Shown: positions 55,080-64,000 of the stretch, piece after piece | Layout: every line of letters begins with the position of its first letter | How positions within the stretch are numbered: position 1 is the stretch's first letter | Origin: the human T2T-CHM13v2.0 reference genome, Homo sapiens | Assembly: GCF_009914755.1 (NCBI RefSeq) | Contig: NC_060940.1 | Strand: one strand, 5' to 3' | Length of the DNA stretch: 64,000 nt | Notes under the pieces: model-generated | Database searches by the model: none | Told to the model about the DNA's origin: nothing | What the model saw: the letters and a program-made list of their open reading frames with translations, nothing else | Made by a program: the position numbers and the translations under genes

Positions 55080-55430
55080 CGGTTGGCCCTTTTGTTCCTT
55101 TACAGCAGAGCTGCCTGAAGAAATAGGCTGAGAGCCGTGGTGCAGGCAAGCCCGCCTCTGGATCAAAGGCGGCTGCCAGGCAGTTTGGTAATTTGACTGG
55201 GGGTACCTAGTGCACTTTGATATTTGGAGAAGATGAGGAGGGTGCAGGCTTACTTGGAGCCCATGGGGACGTGTGGGGTTGGGTGATGAGATTGGAGGCT
55301 GGCCCAGCTGTTGCCCGAGTGCCAGATTCCAAGGGAATTACCCTTGAATGATACCAGTTGGCACAATTAAAAGGCCCCATGTCTTTGCCATATGGAAAGT
55401 GTTAGGCTTCTTTACGTGGTTTCAAAGCTA
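55080..55430. promoter_or_regulatory. Candidate intron-3 Wnt-responsive enhancer
   Basis: GATCAAAGGCGGC at 55161-55173, CTTTGAT at 55215-55221, TTCAAAG at 55421-55427. Confidence 0.5.
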
Positions 55431-56384
55431 TGTGCTGGGAGGTGGGCTTGACATTTGAGGTAGAGCATAAATTAAATATTTGGTGTTTCAGGATTAAAAG
55501 ATGATTTGCTTTAAGGCTGGAGAAGGACTCAGGATGGAGGTGTTTGGGCCTTGTTCACTGGCATTTTCGAGTTCTCCAGGGAGGGTCCCCTCTGCTCATG
55601 GGCACCAGGGCCAGCTGCCTGGCCCAGCCTGGGCACTGTCTTTCCTCCTGGGGGATGGGAGGCAGAGGCTGGGAGAGCTTGGGCTGGGCAGAGTGCTGGG
55701 GAGTGGGGGGACCTTCTGGTTTTCCATAGGTCCCTCAGGATGGGTGGGTGGCGGCCATGGGTGTCATCTTCTTAGCGCTTTAATGGGTCTTTGTGATGTG
55801 GTCTCCGGTAGAGGCTTCGAGGAGTGTCTTGTCCTCACTTTGAGACTTTTCTTCTTGGGGAAGGAGGCTGGATGCCCCTGAGCCAGACTGTGCATGCCTT
55901 CTGTTCTCTAGAGCCCAAGAGCACCCTCTTCATTCACATTTTTGTAGGAAACCTGGGGGAAATCAAATCCAGGAGGCACCTGCTGTGGGTCCTGCAAGGT
56001 CCTAGAACTCAGGGGATGTTTCCTCTGCTCGCCCAGTGGGGATGTTGGAAGGTGGGGATGGATGGATCGATGGACAGTGTTGTTGTTTGTACCAGGAAGC
56101 TCAGGTACACTCTGGGATCAAACTGTCCCCGCGAGGGCAGGAAACATCAAGGCTGAACTGTCAGCAGCAAAAAAAGAAGAAAGAAATGAAGATAGATTAG
56201 GTCACCCTCCCTGCCTCCTTTTTCCCCAGCTCCTCTTCCCTGGTCAGCTTCTTTCCTTTAATTCCTGCTTCCAAATTCCATCTTTTCCCAGGTCCTTCTG
56301 TCTGGAGTGGAAGGGTGGAACCAGGCTTTTTCTTTTAGGCACTCAGCTTAATGAATTAGTATAAATTATTATCAATAATTCTTT

Positions 56385-56672
56385 GTTTATTATTATTATT
56401 TTTTAGACACATAGTTTCACTCTGCCACCCAGGCTGGGGTGCAGTGGCGTCATAGCTCACTGTGGCCTCACAGTGATCCTCCTGCCTCAGCCTCCTGAGT
56501 AGCTGGGACTATAGGTGCACGCCACTGTGTCCGGCTAATTCATTTTTATTTTTTATAGAGATCGGGTCTTGCTTTGTTGCCCAGGCTGGATTGAACTCCT
56601 GGCCTCAAACCATCCTCCCACATCAGCCTCCCAAAGTGCTAGGATTACACATGTGAGCCACCACACTTGGCC
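56385..56672 (-). mobile_element. AluJ-like (intron 3)
   Basis: Antisense Alu with (TTA)n tail. Confidence 0.9.
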
Positions 56673-58423
56673 TTGTTATTAATTATGAATTAATAAGTCC
56701 CTAACTGGGCCAGGCTCTGGGGATACAGTGGAGAATAAGAGAGATGTGGTTCCTGCCCTCCTGTGGCATCCAGTCTGATGAAGGGGACAAAGCAGCAGTG
56801 AGTACCCAGGCCCACTCCTAGGACCACACAGAGGCACTCTGGGAGGGAGGGGGCAGGATGGGCCGCTGAGGCTGAGGAGAGAGGAGGAAGGAGTTGGAGG
56901 TGGGGGGAAGAGCTGACCGAGGCCCCAGGCTCAAGCTGCCCTGGTAGGATGGGGTTGGGGATTGCCGGGAGGCTTCTGTGTGGAATCAAGCGGGTAATCA
57001 AGAAGGGAATGTGGCCTCCAAATGGCTCTGCAGCCTGTGGGAACTGGAAGTGGTTCCTGGCACTGTCTGTGGAAAGCCTCGTGCGTTGGTGGCTCTTGGC
57101 ACATCTGAGTTACCTGTCTGTCCCCCTGGACAGGTATGTTGGGTGGAGCAGGGCGGGCAGTCAGCGAGCGTGCTGCCCCTGTGTCATGGACAGGTCCTTG
57201 GGGGCTCAACCTGGCCTGTTGGGGTTGGTGGCCCTGCTGTTGTGTTGGGGGAGGAGGTCAGCTGCAGGGCTGGAAGCTTAGCTGTCAGGGCTGCGGAGGA
57301 CCTGTGGGGTGAGGTTGCTGCTCAAGAAGGAGGCTCTTCAGGGACCAGGGAACAAGAGGGAGTGACCAGCAAACCCCAGAGAGAGCTAATCATGCCCCAG
57401 AACTGCAGCGCGCCTGTGCCTATGGAAAGAGGGTCCCCCATGTGGGCTGAGCAGGGCTGTCCGAGACAGGATGTGCAGCCCCCCGGTACTGGTGAGCTGG
57501 GGGGTCCTGCAGCCCCATGGCTGCGAATCACAAGATGCTTGGATTTAGACACTTTTGGACTTTTCACATCACTTGTTGGATTCCAAACCAGGCACTTCTG
57601 GCTGCCTCCCTGCCTTCCCTCTCTCTTGCCCACTCACACGTGTTCTTTTTGCCGCTCTTGTCTCTCACAGACGTTCTTTCTCTTCCTCTCCCTCCCCACG
57701 TCCCTTCCCCCCCACCCTCTCCCTGAGGAAGGAAAAAATTCAGTCTCTCACAAACAAAATATCTGCCATTCCATCGGAGGGAGAACTGAGGCAGGAGCCC
57801 AGAATATCCTGGAAGGAACGCAAGCGAGAGTTGAAGGCCTCAGTTGTTTAATCTGGAAGGAGGACTTTGATGTCACCCTGCTCCGTTTATCCTGGGAAGC
57901 TTCCCGCTGCTTCATGGCTTCGACTCTCTGTGTGAAAGATGGCTGAGCTCCTCCAGGGGCTGGAGGCAAGCCTGAGCAGCTCCGAAGGGCAGCCTGGTGA
58001 TGCTGCGCTCCTGCCAAGCCCAGGTGGGGTGGAGAACCTTTTCTAAACAAGCACTTCCAGAGACATAAGTAATTCTTTGATAGCTTCCTGGGAAGGCAGA
58101 AGGGAGCTGTTTAGCCTTGTGGGCACCAGTCGTGGGGCTCTGGGAGGAAAGCCTCAGGTCTCTGCACTGAAGTCATCCCCAGCCTCAGAGCGGTGGCGGC
58201 TTGGCCCGCCGGGGTGGGTCCTGGATGTGTTTGTTTAGAGGGCTCTGAGGCATGGGTCTGGGCTTTGCTTTCCTTACTTGTTAAGTCACATGGGCTGTGG
58301 CGTGTGCGTGTGGCCGACGCCTTTCAGAGGACACCAGGGTACTGAGAGGGCTTCACATTGGTGTGGCCTCAGCCAAAGGCTCCCTGCCTGGGCTTCAGAT
58401 TCTCCAGCTGAGAAGTAGAATAA

Positions 58424-58820
<397 letters not shown>

Positions 58821-60211
58821 TGGAGTGGGCATTGAGTACCTGCTTTAGGCCAGGGACACCTGTGCTTGGTACCTAGAGTGAAGGCCTTGATTTCATGGAA
58901 CTTACCATCTTGTAGGAAAACAGAAATATTTTCATAAACAAGTTGTGCAATTTAAGTTGTGATATGTGCCTCCAAAAAGTACTGGATGTTTTGAGAACAT
59001 GTACCAGGGATCAGAACTCATCTGGGGTGTTTTTCATTCCACAAATATTTGACTGCTTTATCTATCCCACGTGCTGTGCTTAGGGTGTTGTGGAAATTGT
59101 GAGGACTAGGACATAGTTCTTGCCTCTGTGAGAGTGGAACTAAGCTCTCCCCATGGCCTTTCATCGATTTTTCTTCTCTTATTGCATTGGTTAGAATCTC
59201 ATTGCATTGGTTAGAATCTCATACTCTGTTTAATAACTACCAAGTATGATACTTTTTGTTTAAGAAAGCTTCCTTCAACTCCTGGCTTTCTGAGCTTTGT
59301 AAAATCAGGAATAATTATTGAATTTTGTCACATGCTGTTGGGATGCAGATGGAATGCATCATTCTTTGCTAATGTGGTGTGTGATTTGTATGCTTGATTT
59401 ACATTGCTGGATTTCCTAGTGCAACCTTCTTGGCCCTCCGAAATTCTTTGTCATGATAGATTATTCTTTTAAATGTGACCGCATTTGATAGGCTAATATT
59501 TTACTTTGGATCTTTGCATGAAGTACTCAGTGCAAGTTAACTGTTAAAGTTATAAAACCATAAGGGAAGCACAGGGCTGTGGAGGTTGGGGAGGGTTTTT
59601 TTGAAGGAAGTGGGCATGTGAGTAGGGATTTGAAGAATGGTAAGACTGAGATCAGGGGTTAGAAACTTAAGGACCTACAGGGGCCAGAGAGGTCATATGA
59701 ATGAATGCCACAGGCTCAGTGGGAGACATCTGAGAGGGGTGGGAACCGGGGTGCCCCCGGGGAACACACACCCTGCCTCAAGGGGGCAGTGCCACTCAAC
59801 CCCAGCCAATCACTGCCATGTGGGAATATGGCCCTGGTGTTGCCACACGGGCTGATCATTAAGAAAATCCAGCTGTCTGAATTTTTATGTGAAACTTTTC
59901 CAATTTAAAAAATTATTGTTAACCAATTAAAATTTTTAGAAAACACCTTCTTTGGGTGACTCAGACGACTGGATTTGGCCTGTTAGTACACTGGCTTGTG
60001 TTTGCTGATTTAGACCTTTAAGATTCTGATGGTGGTGGTGGTAGAGAAGCAGTATGTTAGTGATAAAAGGACACACGAGTGAGTATCATATGGACTCAAC
60101 ATTGTGCCTAATACTTTCCATGCATTCTCTTGTAGAATCCTCACAACTGCCTTAGGTATTATTCCGCTATCGCATAGATGAGGAGGCAGGCCCAGCAAAT
60201 TAGAGTCACTA

Positions 60212-60715
<504 letters not shown>

Positions 60716-62576
60716 TTATGCTGAAGACCAGCATGTGCCCATAGAAGGTGCCAGAGGTGTGCTTAGAACTTGCAGAATCAGACTTCCTGGGTCTGAGTCC
60801 CAGCTGCACTTCTCCCCAGCTCGGTGGCCTTGGGCCAAGTGATGGCTCATCTCTGATTCTCAGTTTTCACATCTGTGGAATGGGTAGAGTAATGGTTCCT
60901 ACCTCATTGGGTTGTTTTAAGGGTAGAAATGGGTTCATTTCAGCAAGTTAAAGAATAAAGGAGATGTCACCCCTTCTTTTGCAGCTTGCCAGTGTTGTTT
61001 GCTAGTGATCACCTGGATGTGTGCTCAGTGTGGTACCAGTGTGCTAAGTGCAGTGAAGGAAAAGGATGGGGAAGGAGAATAACGGAGGATTCTACTTCAG
61101 ATTAGGGAGTGATGCGTAAGTCGTTAAGACCCAAAGAATAAATAGGAAATAGCTAGGTGGGGAAAGGTTTATTAAAAATATTCCAGGCAGAAGGCACGGG
61201 ATGTGCAAAGGGCAAGAGGCATGCAGGGTTGGTGCACAGAGAAAGTGTTCAGCCTCCTTCTCGGTGTCTGACTTGGAACCACATTCCAGTCTCTGAGGTG
61301 TTAGAGCAGAACTATGTGGTGCAGCAGCAGGGAGTGGGCAGTGCCTGCTGGGCTGGGTGGTACCACTGTATGTTGCATCCCGTCATGAGGCCTTGTCTCC
61401 TTGCCGCAAGTCTTCCATGAAGTGTTACTGGTGTCTGTGGACTCCAGCTTTCTGGTCAGGTTGGAAGAGGTAGGGAGGAGAACCTCTCAGTCACAAGAAA
61501 TAGTGTCACCCTGGAGCGGATTGGCTGGCCTGCTGGGCTGCCCAAGCCTTCTGGCCTTGAGCATAGAGCTGGGGTCCTGAGGAGGGGAGAGGCAGAGCAT
61601 AAAAGGACCCTGTTAGCAGGATGGGGCTGTCTTCCCTCAGGCCACAGCCTCCCTAATGGGCTCAGGCCGGAGGATGTTTTTCTAACTTCAGAAGGCTGCG
61701 TGGGCTGGTGGGCCCCTCACTCAGAGGCCTCGGCTTGCGGTGGCTCCAGTGAGTGGGTTTGGGGGTGCTGGTGTGTGGTGCCATGCCCATTCCATGCCTG
61801 GTTTCCAGAGGGAGCCTTGTTCCAGGACAGTTTTTGACCCTGACTTTGTTGTTTTACCCTTCTTTCCCCCTTCAAAGGCAAAAAGATGATTGAAGAGAAC
61901 TACTATAATCCAGGAACAAAGTTGCCTTTTCAGCGGGCACTGGGGACTTTCTCTGCTTCCTCCCTGCCCTGGAAAGTCCAAAGGCACCCACTGCCTCAGC
62001 TGGTCCTGGGCACGTGCCTGCTTTCTCAGTGGCTGCAGGCTCAGTGTGCCCGCGAGCTGCCCACTGTGTGCATAGCCCCGTGCTGAGTCTGGGAGCTGCA
62101 GCCCGAGGAGGAGGTGGTAACAGCGTAGCTGCTGCTTGCTGCGTGTCTGCTGTGTGCCAGGCTCTGGGCCAAGCACTGTTCATAGTGCTGGATTCTCAGA
62201 GCACTGTTATGAGGCCGCTGTTATTATTATGCCCATCTTACCCATAGGGAAACTGAGGCTTTAAAGAAGTCAACCATATTGCCCAAGGTCACTTAACTTG
62301 GAAGTGGAATCTTGCTTCAGCAAGATTCAAATTCAGATCACTCAGTGTGATTTTAGAGCCATCTTAAATCAGTTTAGGCGAGTTTTTTTTTTTTTTTCAA
62401 CTGTATGTCTCAGCCCCATTCATGGTTCATGACATCAATTTAGTGACCAAAATGAAATAGAGTAAAAATATGAGAAAACATTATATATAGTAAGAGTAAA
62501 TATTGTTTTGTGTAATTTTTTGTTCTAGTTAAAAAAAATGTATACACACACTTTACACACACCTATACCCAAACCC

Positions 62577-62624
<48 letters not shown>
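62577..62624. repeat. (ATCT)12 tetranucleotide microsatellite
   Basis: Perfect array. Confidence 0.95.
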
Positions 62625-62625
<1 letters not shown>

Positions 62626-63149
62626 CAGCAGAGGCATATTGTAAAATATAATTCTTACTATAGGTCATAATCAGAGTATTAGAAAAACGCTGGTGTGGGT
62701 CACTGGTGCAGGCCCTGAGCCTGAATGCCTGGTTTTGAGCCCTGGCTCTACTTCTCACTAGCAGTGTGACCTAGGGCAACTTTCCTGACCTCTCTGTGCT
62801 TTCTGAGCTGTTTGGTTTGTTGACTTTTGGGCCTGGGTCAGTGCTCCCAGGGATGCTGTGGGTGCTTGCTGCTGGCTCACTCCCTTTGCTTAGGGAATGA
62901 AGAGGATGAGCAGTCCCATGGAGGGGGGGCCCATGGCTTCTCCCCTGAGAAGCCAACAGCAGCAGCTTCATCCCAGGAGAAACACAGACATGGCTCAGTC
63001 ATCAGGGGTTGGACACAATGCTGCGCTGGGAACCCTGAGCCTGGGGGTGCCTCCAGCTTAGCTATGAGGTATCTATTATGACCTCTCCTGCCTTCTGCTT
63101 CCTCCTCTCAAAAATGCATTAAAGGAAAGGAGAAGGCTTTGTTTCTACT

Positions 63150-63615
63150 GCTGTAAAAAAAAAAAAAAAAGTCCAAAGATTAGTGACTTGATCACTTTGT
63201 GACTTGCTTAAGAGTATGCACTTTGGACCAAGCCTGGGAGGGTCAACTTGTCTGTGGCTCCATGTAGCACAGTTAGGGTGGCTCTAACAGCAAGGGTCTG
63301 ACTGCAGCAGCTCCAAATAAGTGACATGTCTGGGGCTTCAGTTCTCTTCTAGTTGGCCTCACCTCATGAGTAGCTTGGGCTTCCTCACAGTATGGCAGTC
63401 TCAGGGTAATCAGATTTACATGGTGGCTGTCTTTCCCAAGAGTATAGAAGCAAAAACGGCCAGGACTCTTTAAGGTTTAGGCCTGGAATTAGCAACAACA
63501 CATTCTCTTCATTAAAGCAAGTCACAGGTCCAGCCTAGATTTAGGGGAAGGAACTACACAGGGGCATAAATACTGGGAAGTGGGATTCACTGGGGGCCAT
63601 CCACACAGTCTACCG
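63150..63615. mobile_element. MLT1-like LTR
   Basis: cttgggcttcctcacagtatggcagtctcaggg...aagcaagtcacaggtccagcctagat. Confidence 0.6.
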
Positions 63616-64000
63616 GAGAGTAGGTGGTCTCTTGCAGAGAGAGTGGAGTTATAGAAAAGGACTGAGACGTGTCCCTTGGGTTTAGGATCCTGGCGGTCAC
63701 AGTTGGGTCTGGCAGGAACTGTCTTGGTGAAGTGACAGCAGAGGTGAGACTTGGGTGGCTCACGAAGGGACTAAGAAATATGTGCAGGGGAGCAGAAGCA
63801 CATACTTACAAGAACATTCATGGCTGCATTTGGAAGAATGAAAAGTTTTTGACAACTCAAACATCCATCACTAGGGTACAAGGTAACAGTGGTGTGGACT
63901 TCTCATTGAGCTCTCTGCAACTGGTCAAAGCCCAGCGAGTAAGGGCCTCTCTTGCTGACAGGAAAGAGACCCTGAGACGCTGCTGAATGAGCAAAGCAAC

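Noticed and set aside
56978-57946. 322-aa ORF in intron 3
   Set aside because: Non-ATG start, no recognisable domain, G-rich intronic sequence with a low-complexity pyrimidine stretch.

Overview
Primate (human-like) genomic DNA covering about 50 kb of repeat-rich upstream sequence plus the CpG-island promoter, coding exons 1-3 and the start of intron 3 of NKD1 (naked cuticle homolog 1, a Wnt-induced negative-feedback inhibitor of Dishevelled), on the + strand. The exons splice GT-AG into 64 codons (MGKLHSKPAAVCKRRESPEGDSFAVSAAWARKGIEEWIGRQRCPGGVSGPRQLRLAGTIGRSTR). The rest is about 20 Alus, a nearly full-length ancient antisense L1, MaLR/ERVL solo LTRs, hAT/Tigger fossils, MIR/L2 and microsatellites. 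I found no other protein gene, RNA gene or CRISPR array, and no evidence of a wholly new biological system. The most interesting unexplained structure is regulatory: (i) TCF/LEF motif clusters about 28 kb upstream, about 9 kb upstream, at the promoter and in intron 3, several sharing a composite GCCG(N0-1)CCTTTGA 'helper + HMG' arrangement; (ii) splicing and translation features of the NKD1 5' end (distant branch point in intron 1, frame-neutral 33-nt exon 2, Met-Ala-stop uORF); (iii) three old local duplications (about 200 bp inverted, about 142 bp direct, 47 bp direct). Repeat subfamily names are from memory of consensus sequences and repeat boundaries are approximate.
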